This document shows positions 51,201 through 64,000 of a stretch of 64,000 bases of DNA, piece after piece. The translations under genes and the position numbers were made by a program. The stretch lies in contig OZ024765.1 in the NCBI GenBank assembly GCA_964016885.1, positions 2,852,001-2,916,000 of the forward strand, given 5' to 3'. The notes under the pieces were generated by a model. That model was not told the origin of the DNA and did not search any database. It saw nothing but the letters and a program-made list of their open reading frames with translations. Origin of the DNA: Eledone cirrhosa. Lineage: Eukaryota. The first letter of the stretch is position 1, and every line of letters starts with the position of its first letter.

Positions 51201-53639
51201 AATGATAGCCCACTACAAATACAAAACCAAGAACCCTTCTCATCTGATAGCTTTGGAATAATTACTTCAGGACTACGAGGAACCCTAACAAATGTTAGTG
51301 GCCCTATCATAGACAGGTAGATACCTATATATATTGTATGTAAAATTGGGTGGACAGAGGCTGTGAAGATGCCCACCAGATTGTCTGAACTTATAATCCA
51401 ATGGGCCAGCCTTGTTATATCATATATTGTGCCACACTGACTTTCCCTGAGAGATACATAATTAATACATATTTTTGTGGAATGCGCAGCCACTTACACA
51501 GAAATTCCCAATGGATTGGACCTGTAGTTTAAAGGAACTGCCTTGAAATGTTTGTGCGATGCTGAATCTCCCTGAGAATTGTTATACATCCATGTTTCTT
51601 TGGAATGCGCAGCCACTTACTCTATAATTCGAAATGGACTGGACCTATGGTTTCAAGGGACTGCCTTGTAATGTAATGTGCCACACCGAATCTCCTTGAG
51701 AATTTTTATACAAGTGTTTGAGGAATGCTCAGCCACTTATGTGCTCTACCAGTAATTCAAAGGACCAAATTTGTCTCATGTTTGTATATATACCCCCTCC
51801 CCTACATATGTATATATACACCCCCTACACATATATATATGTGTGTGTATGTATATATATATATATATATATACATACACATATACACACACACATGTAT
51901 ACATACACCCCACATATGTATACATATACCCCATATATGTACACACACCCTACATATGTATACATATACCCCCAACATATGTATACATATACCCCCAACA
52001 TATGTATACATATACCCCCTACATATGTATACATATACCCCCTACATGGGTATACATATACCTCCTACTTGTGTATACATATACCCTCTACATATGTATA
52101 CATATACCCCCTACATGTGTATACATATACCCCCTACATGTGTATACAAATACCCCCTACATATGTATACATATACCCCCTACATGTGTATACATATACC
52201 CCCAACATGTGTATACATATACCCCCTACATGTGTATACATATACCCCCTACCGCCAAAACCCACACAGACTCAATGAACTCAGCCTTATTAATTTAATA
52301 TAAAATCCCCCTCGGAAGACTAACTAACTATCGGTACTGCAATGTTTTATGTCGGTACCCTCGTTAAATTGGAATAAGTTGGCTTTCGGTTGAATTATAA
52401 ATATTTATCAAGACACTGAAGTGTTTGTGTGTGTATATGTTTGTGTGTATGTTTGTGTATGTGCATATACATACATTTATATGGTATGAGTATATAAATA
52501 TAAATGAGCAAACACAGGCACTTACATACACACTCACTCACAGACATACACACTCACTCAGACACACACTCACTCACTCACTCACACATATGCATTCACA
52601 CACACATATATGCATTCACACACACATGCATTCACACACACGCGCATTCACACACACATACGCATTCACACACATACGCATTCACACATGCATTCACACA
52701 CACACACACATGAATTCACGCACACATACATTCACACATACATTTACACAAACACACACATTGTGTGAAGGACGGGTGGATGGAAGTCGCTGAAATTTAC
52801 ATATAGATAATAAATATTTTTTTCTTCAATCTGATGATAAACCTCACTCCCGCTCTCTCTAGCCTCCCTCTTTGAATCACAGTGTTAAAATTAATGACAC
52901 ATCATCCTTTTACCTTCCCGTTTTTAGTGTCAAATATTTGTTAAAATTAATGGTATTCCCCTTCCCTCTTTGAATCACAAATATGTTAAAATTAATGATA
53001 TATCCTCCCTTACCCTCCATGTTTTCATTGTCAAATATTTGTTAAAATTAATGGCATTCCTCCCACTTCCTACTATGAATCACAATTATGTTAAAATTAA
53101 TTATGTCTTCCCGCCCCCTGTTTGTTAAAATTAATGGTATGCCCACCACCTTCCCGTTTTGAATAACAAGCATGTTAAAACGTATGGCTTATTCTCTCTT
53201 TCTCCCCTCCCATTTTGGGTGTCAAATATCTGTTAAAATTAATGACATCCTCCTTCCCACATTTTGTGTCAAATATTTAAAATTAATGGCATACACCACC
53301 TGCCCACTCCCCACTTTCAATCACAGATGCTTGTTAAAATTAATGGTATGCCCCATCTCTCCCCACTTTGAATCAAAATATTTGTTAAAATTAATGGTAT
53401 GGCCATTCCCCTGAATGTCAAATGTTTGTTAAAATTAATGGTATTTTTCTCCTCCTAAATTAAAGGCTACTTTTGTATTATGATCTAACTTTACTCGTTT
53501 TAAATCTTTTGGAAAATAAAATATATTTTCTATATTCAATTCAAACATGTTCCTTCTCTTCTGAAGAAGTCAGAGACTTCTCGTTTCCAACATAGTCTTT
53601 CTCTTAGTGACCAAACTCCAGACGTTGGGGATCTCTAGT

Positions 53640-53897
53640 TTCCAAAATAGTCTGTCTTTTATAAACCAGACTCCAGATGTCGAACAGCTCTCATTTCCAA
53701 AATAGTCTGTCTTTTATAAACCAGACTCCAGATGTCGAACAGCTCTCATTTCCAAAATAGTCTGTCTTTTATAAACCAGACTCCAGATGTCGAACAGCTC
53801 TCATTTCCAAAATAGTCTGTCTTTTATAAACCAGACTCCAGATGTCGAACAGCTCTCATTTCCAAAATAGTCTGTCTTTTATAAACCAGACTCCAGA
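53640..53897. repeat. 55-bp tandem repeat ~5x
   Basis: CTTTTATAAACCAGACTCCAGATGTCGAACAGCTCTCATTTCCAAAATAGTCTGT. Confidence 0.9.
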
Positions 53898-54346
53898 GGT
53901 TGCAGTGTACATCCTTCAAGGCCCTACCAGTGGATATAAATGGTATATTAAACATTCTGTGGCCCCGACAATGGATAAAAGGTTGCATAGTACATCCTCC
54001 TTCTTCTACGACTCCTTCTTCTTCACCCACTTATTCCTGAGAAGGTCGTGGGGTCAGTCCTCAAACACTCCTTCCAGCAGGTCCTGTCTAAAGCAACCGT
54101 CTCGAAATGATCTGGGATAATTGCTGGCCTTGTGCTAAAAAGTAGAAACAATTATTATTTTCTTTTGTACAATGGCCATACTCAATAACAAGGGAGCAGC
54201 CATCATATGTATGTGTATATATGTATGCAGGGCCTATAACTAACCCCCCCCCCCCCCCCCCCCTCTACCACCCAAAAAAAAAAATAACAAAAAATAAAAC
54301 AACCATTTCATGTACTTTATTACAATACTAAATTTCCTGTTGGGTA

Positions 54347-54386
<40 letters not shown>

Positions 54387-54391
54387 CCAAG

Positions 54392-54663
54392 GGCTCAATT
54401 GGTTGACCACTGTTTTCCTACTGTTCATTGCAGTCTTTTCCGGAGTGACCTTCTATGGGAGTGCGTTAGTCTATAGTCTACTGAAAATGAAATACAAGGC
54501 CAAAGTACAGCTGGGTACCAAGGTTTCTCACTCATTAAAAAAGAAACCTACTACCTGTAAATGTGCCGATAAGGGCTACATGTTTTGCGAGAAACATGTG
54601 ATGGACCGGGATGAAACAACTGGCCTGGCCCGTTGGGATGCTACCTCTTCACTATATATATAA
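54392..54663 (+). CDS. Candidate terminal exon encoding a TM helix and basic/Cys tail (unidentified gene)
   Basis: Long poly-T plus CCAAG acceptor, LNWLTTVFLLFIAVFSGVTFYGSALVYSLLKMKYK...*; upstream exons not resolved. Confidence 0.35.
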
Positions 54664-54797
54664 ATGAAAGGTATAGAAAACATTGTAGCAAAAAGCCAAC
54701 AGTATTCCATAATATATAAGTGACTATAGCGTCAAAATGGGAAAAATAGTTAACGTAAGATGTGATGAGATATATATATATCATTACTAAAACATAA

Positions 54798-55752
54798 ACA
54801 GTGTCTTTCATTAGAAATATGGTAATGAAAGGATTCAAGTGTTTATATTTATCTAAAAACCTTTCATCATAATTTTATGTAAGAACCTTTGTTAAGTTAT
54901 GTTCCAGACACCAGTTAATAAGACAGTGTCTTTCATTAGAAATATGGTAATGAAAGGATTCAAGTGTTTAGCACGACACAATAATTTTCATTATTATATT
55001 TATTTTAAAATTTCCCATCCTTCATATATGTTTATGTAAGAACCTTTGTTAAGTTATGTTCCAAATACCAGTTTGACAAAGGTTCTTACATAAAATATAT
55101 GATGGGAGAGTTTAAAGTGTTTATATTTATCGAAAAACCTTTCATCATAATTTTATGTAAGAACTTTTGTTAAGTTATGTTCCAGACACCAGTTAATAAG
55201 ACAGTGTCTTTCATTAGAAATATGGTAATGAAAGGATTCAAGTGTTTAGCACGACACAATAATTTTCATTATTATATTTATTTTAAAATTTCCCATCCTT
55301 CATATATGTTTATGTAAGAACCTTTGTTAAGTTATGTTCCAAATACCAGTTTGACAAAGGTTCTTACATAAAATATATGATGGGAGAGTTTAAAGTGTTT
55401 ATATTTATCGAAAAACCTTTCATCATAATTTTATGTAAGAACTTTTGTTAAGTTATGTTCCAGACACCAGTTAATAAGACAGTGTCTTTCATTAGAAATA
55501 TGGTAATGAAAGGATTCAAGTGTTTAGCACGACACAATAATTTTCATTATTATATTTATTTTAAAATTTCCCATTTTCATATATGTTTATGTAAGAACCT
55601 TTGTTAAGTTATGTTCCAAATACCAGTTTGACAAATGTTCTTACATAAAATATATGATGTGAGGGTTTAAAGAGTTTATATTGATCTAAAAACCTTTCAT
55701 CATAATTTTATATAAGAAACCTTGTTAAGTTATGTTCCAAACACCAGGTTAA
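54798..55752. repeat. Tandem copies of an AT-rich dispersed repeat (also 13760-14180, 41950-42120, 46400-46550, 49460-49630)
   Basis: AAGAACCTTTGTTAAGTTATGTTCCA..CACCAG..TAATAAGACAGTGTCTTTCATTAGAAATATGGTAATGAAAGG. Confidence 0.85.
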
Positions 55753-57294
55753 TAATTGTTTCTACTTTTTGGCACAAGGCCAGCAATTACTCAGTGTATT
55801 ACTGGTACTTTATTTTATCGACCCAGTAAGGATGAAAGGCAAAGTTAACCTCGGCTGGGATTTGAACTCAGAATGGCAAGGGCCGTAACTCTATGTATCA
55901 AAGCATGGCGTCCAACCCTCTACCAATACTGCCAATACAACACCCTGGTTAATAATGAGAAAGTTATGTTATACTTCTAAACTCTAAAACTGTTGTTTTT
56001 CATTAGAAATATATTGCAGAAAGGATTAAACTGGTGCAAAAAGCTTCAAAATTGCTTTTTGAATTAGTTTTTGTGTATTTATTGTTGGTGTTTTGTCAGG
56101 AGGTGAGGAAGGGTTTGTTTTATTTATTTCCTGGATTTGAAGTAGATAATTTGAAGTATATAATTGCTTATTCCAGTTAAAAGTGTTTATTTTAAGTGTT
56201 GACATACTTTGCTTTCCAATGAATCTTGATGACATGATGGTGATGATTATGATGATTGCAATGGCTGTTGCCAGCTTTGTAAGTTATCTATAAGTGGGCC
56301 TTCACCCCACCCCCCTTTCTCTTTTACCTCTTCCTCTCTCTTCTCTCTCTCCCTCTTCCTCTCTCTTCTCTCTCTCCCTCTCTCCCTCTTTTACCTCCTC
56401 CTCTCTCTCTCCCTCTCTCCCTCTTTTACCTCCTCCTCTCTCACATCTCTCTCTCTCTCTCTCTCCCTCTTTTACCTCCTCTCTCTCTCTCTCTTACCTC
56501 TTCTCTCTCACCACCTCTGCATCTCTCTCCTCCCTCCCTCCCCACCTTACATGATGAAGTGTGTCAGTGAGACTATATAGTGTTATGTGGGTGCCCCAGG
56601 AGGGGAGTAAGAGGTTAATGTCCGCGGATTTCCTCGGCTACCCACACCCCTCTTATACAACAAAGTGTGTGATACAGAGAATGACTGTGTCGTGCCCCAG
56701 GAGGGCAGGATGAGGTTAATGTCCGAGGATTTCCTCATCTATTTCTTCATTTCTTATTCCATACATAATTGTTTAATGTCTCATATTGATGTTGTTGTTG
56801 TTGAGGTTTTGTTGTTTGGGGTGAGGTGGAGGAGGGATTCCAGGAATTATTGGAAAACTATCTTTATTGTTATTTTTTTAATTTACTTTTATTTTTATTT
56901 ATTTTTTATTTTATTATTTTTTATTTATTTTAATTTAATTTTATTTTTATTTAATTTTATTTTTTTAATTTCTATTATTTTTAATTTAATTTTATTTTCT
57001 ATTATTTTTATTTTATTTCTATTTTTTTTATTTTATTTTATTTTATTTTATTTTATTTTGTATTTTTTTAAATTTAATATTTTTTTTATTTTTTTTAATT
57101 TTAAATATATATATATATCATCATCATCATCATCATTTTATGTCCACTTTTCCCTGCTTGTTAGGGTGGGACGGGTCCTATTCAGCACAGCATCTCTCCA
57201 CTTGTCACAATCCTTCGTCATCTCGTCCGTGAGCTTCAGCATCTTCCTTCTACTGGGATTACTTGGCACTTTACCCTGCAGTCATTCTCCATGC

Positions 57295-57982
57295 GCATCA
57301 CATGTCCATGCCATCGCAGTCTTCTCTCCCACACACTACAGCCTATCCCTCTTATACACATCTTCTCTCTCAACACATCACATGTCCATGCCATCGCAGT
57401 CTTCTCTCCCACACACTACAGCCTATCCCTCTTATACACATCTTCTCTCTCAACACATCACATGTCCATGCCATCGCAGTCTTCTCTCCCGCACACTACA
57501 GCCTATCCCTCTTATACACATCTTCTCTCTCAACACATCACATGTCCATACCATCGCAGTCTTCTCTCCCACACACTACAGCCTATCCCTCTTATACACA
57601 TCTCTCTCAACACATCACATGTCCATACCATCGCAGTCTTCTCTCCCGCACACTACAGCCTATCCCTCTTATACACATCTTCTCTCTCAACACATCACAT
57701 GTCCATGCCATCGCAGTCTTCTCTCCCACACACTACAGCCTATCCCTCTTATACACATCTTCTCTGTCCATGCCATCGCAGTCTTCTCTCCCGCACACTA
57801 CAGCCTATCCCTCTTATACACATCTTCTCTCTCAACACATCACATGTCCATGCCATCGCAGTCTTCTCTCCCACACACTACAGCCTATCCCTCTTATACA
57901 CATCTTCTCTCTCAACACATCACATGTCCATGCCATCGCAGTCTTCTCTCCTGCACACTACAGCCTATCCCTCTTATACACA
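57295..57982. repeat. ~81-bp minisatellite ~8-9x
   Basis: CACATGTCCATGCCATCGCAGTCTTCTCTCCCACACACTACAGCCTATCCC... units. Confidence 0.9.
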
Positions 57983-58254
57983 GTTTCTCTCTCTACTCGT
58001 CTATGCTTGGTCGTTCACACACATTGACATTGCACATCCAACAGAGCATGCTTATATATATCAACATCGTCTAACGTCCATCTTCCACGCTAACATGGGT
58101 TAGACGGTTTTGTTCCATTTGATGCAGGAATGGTCAGTAAACCATGTCTCGCTCGTACGGAAGTGTTTCTGGCAGGTTTTCTATGGCTGGATGCCCTTCC
58201 TAACACCAATCACATTACAATGTGGACTGGGCGCCTTTTTACCGTGTCTCCAAA

Positions 58255-59205
58255 ACAACCACTTTACAGTGTAGACTGGGTTTTTTTGTTGTGAGACCTA
58301 CATGACCACTTTACAGTGTAGACTGTTTTTTTTTTTTTGTTGTGAGACCTACATGACCACTTTACAGTGTGGACTGGGTTTTTTGTTGTGACACCAACAT
58401 GACCACTTTACAGCATAGACTGGGTTTTTTGTTGTGACACCAACATTACCACTTTACAGTGTGGACTGGGTTTTTTTGTTGTGACACCTACATGACCACT
58501 TTACAGTGTGGACTGGGGTTTTTGTTGTGACACCAACATGATCACTTTACAGCGTAGACTGGATTTTTTTTGTTGTGACACCTACATGACCACTTTACAG
58601 CGTAGACTGGGTGCTTTTTGTTGTGACACCTACATGACCACTTTACAGCGTGGACTGGGTGCTTTTTGTTGTGACACCTACATGACCACTTTACAGTGTG
58701 GACTGGGTGTTTTTTGTTGTGACACCTACATGACCACTTTACAGCGTAGACTGGGTTTTTTTGTTGTGACACCTACATGACCACTTAACAGTGTGGACTG
58801 GGTGCTTTTTGTTGTGACACCTACATGACCACTTTACAGCGTAGACTGGGTGCTTTTTGTTGTGACACCTACATGACCACTTTACAGCGTAGACTGGGTG
58901 CTTTTTGTTGTGACACCTACATGACCACTTTACAGTGTGGACTGGGTGCTTTTTGTTGTGACACCTACATGACCACTTTACAGCGTGGACTGGGTGCTTT
59001 TTGTTGTGACACCTACATGATCACTTTACAGCGTAGACTGGGTTTTTTTGTTGTGACACCTACATGACCACTTTACAGTGTGGACTGGGTGCTTTTTGTT
59101 GTGACACCTACATGACCACTTTACAGTGTGGACTGGGTGGTTCTTGTCATGACACCTACATGATCACTTTACAGTGTGGACTGGGTGCTTTTTGTTGTGA
59201 CACGT
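58255..59205. repeat. ~50-bp minisatellite amplified from a SINE-internal segment
   Basis: GACCACTTTACAGYGTRGACTGGGTGCTTTTTGTTGTGACACCTACAT; single-copy homologue at ~29665-29730. Confidence 0.88.
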
Positions 59206-60149
59206 ACACAGTGGGCGGAAATGGGAGGATGGGATAGGGTGGGGGATGTATATTGGGTTATATATATATAATGTCCAACCCATCCTAGCGTGGAAGATTG
59301 ATGTTAAACGATGATGATGATATACATTTATATATATATATATTTTTTTTTTGCAACCTGTGACATTTGAGTCGTTAGAGGAGGACGACGACGACGACAA
59401 AGTTTTTGTTATTGTTTCCAGGTCACTTTACAGACATATCAGGTGATGCTCCGCTCGTGGTGAGGTACTTGGCTATTATTGTGTGTTAGCCTCGTTATCA
59501 CCCAGCCATACCAAGGTAGCTCAGAGATAAGACAGTCACTCCAGGTAGAGCTGCTACTTCTCTGAGTTGAGAGACCACAGCTCCTCCGATACGGCAGACA
59601 TGGTGTTAGAATGTCTGAGGAACGAATTGCTGGACAGATTTTACAGGCAAAACCAACCGGCAGGAGTCCCAGAGCAAGATGGTTGGGTAACATCCATGAG
59701 CTTGGCTGGTAACACTTCGGGGATCAGATGGAGGTGGTTTCTTCCAACAGGACCCACTGGAAGGAGTGTTTGGGGACTCTGACCCCACGACCCTCTCAGG
59801 AATAAGTGGGTGAAGAAGAAAAAGAAGACTCGTGATTGGATTGGATAGACGTTAGTATATTACTGGTATTTCCACTTTGGATGTACAATGACCTGAATAA
59901 GGAGAGAGAGGTAGGGGGGGGGGGGTTGTTTAGACAAGGTGGTAGTAGGAGGTATGAGAGAGAGAGAGTAGTTTAGACAGGGTGGTAGTAGGAGGTATGA
60001 GAGAGAATAGTTTAGACAGGGTGGTAGTAGGAGGTAAGAGAGAGAGGGGGTGATATAAAGACAAGGTAGAAGGGGAAAGTAAGAGGTATGACAGAACAAA
60101 GGGGAGAGGGGAGAAGGAGTGGTTAGAAGGTATAGAAGAAAAGGGGGGA

Positions 60150-63100
60150 GTAGTAGAAAGTTTAAGAAAACAAGGGAGAGAGAGAGAGGGGGAAAGTAGA
60201 AAGTTTAAGAGAACAAGGGAGAGAGAGGAAAGTAGAAAGTTTAAGAGAACAAGGGAGAGAGAGGAAAGTAGAAAGTTTAAGAAAACAAGGGAGAGAGAGA
60301 GAGAGAGGAAAGTAGAAAGTTTAAGAAAACAAGGGAGAGAGAGGAAAGTAGAAAGTTTAAGAGAACAAGGGAGAGAGAGGAAAGTAGAAAGTTTAAGAGA
60401 ACAAGGGAGAGAGAGGAAAGTAGAAAGTTTAAGAAAACAAGGGAGAGAGAGAGAGAGAGAGGAAAGTAGAAAGTTTAAGAAAACAAGGGAGAGAGAGAGA
60501 GGGGAAAGTAGAAAGTTTAAGAGAACAAGGGAGAGAGAGGAAAGTAGAAAGTTTAAGAAAACAAGGGAGAGAGAGAGAGGAAAGTAGAAAGTTTAAGAGA
60601 ACAAGGGAGAGAGGAAAGTAGAAAGTTTAAGAGAACAAGGGAGAGAGGAAAGTAGAAAGTTTAAGAGAACAAGGGAGAGAGAGGAAAGTAGAAAGTTTAA
60701 GAGAACAAGGGAGAGAGAGGAAAGTAGAAAGTTTAAGAAAACAAGGGAGAGAGAGGAAAGTAGAAAGTTTAAGAGAACAAGGGAGAGAGGAAAGTAGAAA
60801 GTTTAAGAGAACAAGGGAGAGAGAGGAAAGTAGAAAGTTTAAGAGAACAAGGGAGAGAGAGGAAAGTAGAAAGTTTAAGAGAACAAGGGAGGGAGAGGAA
60901 AGTAGAAAGTTTAAGAGAACAAGGGAGAGAGAGGAAAGTAGAAAGTTTAACAGAACAAGAGAGAGAGAGGGGAAAGTAGAAAGTTTAAGAGAAGAAGGGA
61001 GAGAGAGGAAAGTAGAAAGTTTAAGAGAACAAGGGAGAGAGAGGAAAGTAGAAAGTTTAAGAAAACAAGGGAGAGAGAGGAAAGTAGAAAGTTTAAGAAA
61101 ACAAGGGAGAGAGAGAGGGGAAAGTAGAAAGTTTAAGAGAACAAGGGAGAGAGAGGAAAGTAGAAAGTTTAAGAGAACAAGGGAGAGAGAGGAAAGTAGA
61201 AAGTTTAAGAGAACAAGGGAGAGAGAGGAAAGTAGAAAGTTTAAGAGAACAAGGGAGAGAGAGGAAAGTAGAAAGTTTAAGAAAACAAGGGAGAGAGAGA
61301 GGGGGGAAAGTAGAAAGTTTAAGAGAACAAGGGAGAGAGAGGAAAGTAGAAAGTTTAAGAGAACAAGGGAGAGAGAGGAAAGTAGAAAGTTTAAGAGAAC
61401 AAGGGAGAGAGAGGAAAGTAGAAAGTTTAAGAGAACAAGGGAGAGAGAGGAAAGTAGAAAGTTTAAGAAAACAAGGGAGAGAGAGGAAAGTAGAAAGTTT
61501 AACAGAACAAGAGAGAGAGAGGGGAAAGTAGAAAGTTTAAGAGAAGAAGGGAGAGAGAGGAAAGTAGAAAGTTTAAGAGAACAAGGGAGAGAGAGGAAAG
61601 TAGAAAGTTTAAGAGAACAAGGGAGAGAGAGGAAAGTAGAAAGTTTAAGAAAACAAGGGAGAGAGAGGAAAGTAGAAAGTTTAAGAAAACAAGGGAGAGA
61701 GAGAGGGGAAAGTAGAAAGTTTAAGAGAACAAGGGAGAGAGAGGAAAGTAGAAAGTTTAAGAGAACAAGGGAGAGAGAGGAAAGTAGAAAGTTTAAGAGA
61801 ACAAGGGAGAGAGAGGAAAGTAGAAAGTTTAAGAGAACAAGGGAGAGAGAGGAAAGTAGAAAGTTTAAGAAAACAAGGGAGAGAGAGAGGGGAAAGTAGA
61901 AAGTTTAAGAGAACAAGGGAGAGAGAGGAAAGTAGAAAGTTTAAGAGAACAAGGGAGAGAGAGGAAAGTAGAAAGTTTAAGAGAACAAGGGAGAGAGAGG
62001 AAAGTAGAAAGTTTAAGAGAACAAGGGAGAGAGAGGAAAGTAGAAAGTTTAAGAGAACAAGGGAGAGAGAGGAAAGTAGAAAGTTTAAGAAAACAAGGGA
62101 GAGAGAGAGGGGGGAAAGTAGAAAGTTTAAGAGAACAAGGGAGAGAGAGGAAAGTAGAAAGTTTAAGAGAACAAGGGAGAGAGAGGAAAGTAGAAAGTTT
62201 AAGAGAACAAGGGAGAGAGAGGAAAGTAGAAAGTTTAAGAGAACAAGGGAGAGAGAGGAAAGTAGAAAGTTTAAGAGAACAAGGGAGAGAGAGGAAAGTA
62301 GAAAGTTTAAGAAAACAAGGGAGAGAGAGAGGGGAAAGTAGAAAGTTTAAGAGAACAAGGGAGAGAGAGGAAAGTAGAAAGTTTAAGAGAACAAGGGAGA
62401 GAGAGGAAAGTAGAAAGTTTAAGAGAACAAGGGAGAGAGAGGAAAGTAGAAAGTTTAAGAAAACAAGGGAGAGAGAGGAAAGTAGAAAGTTTAAGAGAAC
62501 AAGGGAGAGAGAGGAAAGTAGAAAGTTTAAGAGAACAAGGGAGAGAGAGGAAAGTAGAAAGTTTAAGAGAACAAGGGAGAGAGAGGAAAGTAGAAAGTTT
62601 AAGAAAACAAGGGAGAGAGAGGAAAGTAGAAAGTTTAAGAGAACAAGGGAGAGAGAGGAAAGTAGAAAGTTTAAGAGAACAAGGGAGAGAGAGAGGGGGG
62701 AAAGTAGAAAGTTTAAGAGAACAAGGGAGAGAGAGGAAAGTAGAAAGTTTAAGAGAACAAGGGAGAGAGAGGAAAGTAGAAAGTTTAAGAGAACAAGGGA
62801 GAGAGAGGAAAGTAGAAAGTTTAAGAGAACAAGGGAGAGAGAGGAAAGTAGAAAGTTTAAGAGAACAAGGGAGAGAGAGAGGGGAAAGTAGAAAGTTTAA
62901 GAGAACAAGGGAGAGAGAGGAAAGTAGAAAGTTTAAGAAAACAAGGGAGAGAGAGAGGGGAAAGTAGAAAGTTTAAGAGAACAAGGGAGAGAGAGGAAAG
63001 TAGAAAGTTTAAGAGAACAAGGGAGAGAGAGGAAAGTAGAAAGTTTAAGAGAACAAGGGAGAGAGAGGAAAGTAGAAAGTTTAAGAGAACAAGGGAGAGA

Positions 63101-64000
63101 GAGGAAAGTAGAAAGTTTAAGAAAACAAGGGAGAGAGAGAGAGAGGGGAAAGTAGAAAGTTTAAGAGAACAAGGGAGAGAGAGGAAAGTAGAAAGTTTAA
63201 GAGAACAAGGGAGAGAGAGGAAAGTAGAAAGTTTAAGAGAACAAGGGAGAGAGAGGAAAGTAGAAAGTTTAAGAGAACAAGGGAGAGAGAGAGGGGAAAG
63301 TAGAAAGTTTAAGAGAACAAGGGAGAGAGAGGAAAGTAGAAAGTTTAAGAAAACAAGGGAGAGAGAGAGGGGAAAGTAGAAAGTTTAAGAGAACAAGGGA
63401 GAGAGAGGAAAGTAGAAAGTTTAAGAGAACAAGGGAGAGAGAGGAAAGTAGAAAGTTTAAGAGAACAAGGGAGAGAGAGGAAAGTAGAAAGTTTAAGAGA
63501 ACAAGGGAGAGAGAGGAAAGTAGAAAGTTTAAGAAAACAAGGGAGAGAGAGAGAGAGGGGAAAGTAGAAAGTTTAAGAGAACAAGGGAGAGAGAGGAAAG
63601 TAGAAAGTTTAAGAGAACAAGGGAGAGAGAGGAAAGTAGAAAGTTTAAGAGAACAAGGGAGAGAGAGGAAAGTAGAAAGTTTAAGAGAACAAGGGAGAGA
63701 GAGGAAAGTAGAAAGTTTAAGAAAACAAGGGAGAGAGAGAGAGAGGGGAAAGTAGAAAGTTTAAGAGAACAAGGGAGAGAGAGGAAAGTAGAAAGTTTAA
63801 GAGAACAAGGGAGAGAGAGGAAAGTAGAAAGTTTAAGAGAACAAGGGAGAGAGAGGAAAGTAGAAAGTTTAAGAGAACAAGGGAGAGAGAGGAAAGTAGA
63901 AAGTTTAAGAGAACAAGGGAGAGAGAGGAAAGTAGAAAGTTTAAGAGAACAAGGGAGAGAGAGGAAAGTAGAAAGTTTAAGAGAACAAGGGAGAGAGAGG
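60150..64000. repeat. ~36-bp purine-rich satellite, over 100 copies, running off the window
   Basis: AAGTAGAAAGTTTAAGAGAACAAGGGAGAGAGAGGA. Confidence 0.97.

Noticed and set aside
53556-53590. CTGAAGA followed by hairpin AAGTC/GACTT
   Set aside because: No GAAA/UH after the stem, so not a hammerhead

Overview
Repeat-rich eukaryotic genomic DNA, most likely an octopod cephalopod (inferred from the SINE families and microsatellite density). It holds two intron-rich genes arranged head-to-head, both rebuilt by hand from GT-AG sites with consistent codon phases. ZSWIM2 (SWIM-RING-ZZ-RING E3 ligase) is on the minus strand, 12 coding exons, ~28433 to 9863, ~669 aa. TMTC3 (TPR O-mannosyltransferase) is on the plus strand, 20 coding exons, 33370-49925, ~837 aa. 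Almost all long ORFs in the supplied track are microsatellite or minisatellite artefacts. The most interesting hidden layer is a set of eight reasonably complete type I hammerhead ribozyme motifs plus two degenerate ones, from about four sequence families (CUGANGA...GAAA...UH core, short palindromic stem III). They occur as a tandem pair 548 nt apart (retrozyme/Penelope-like) and as two sense/antisense inverted pairs inside ZSWIM2 introns. Also present: piggyBac-type, Tc1/mariner-type and Helitron-type non-autonomous elements, a Tx1/L1-like LINE sitting only in (TATC)n tracts, two tRNA-derived SINE families, and many minisatellites made by amplifying pieces of TEs or splice sites.
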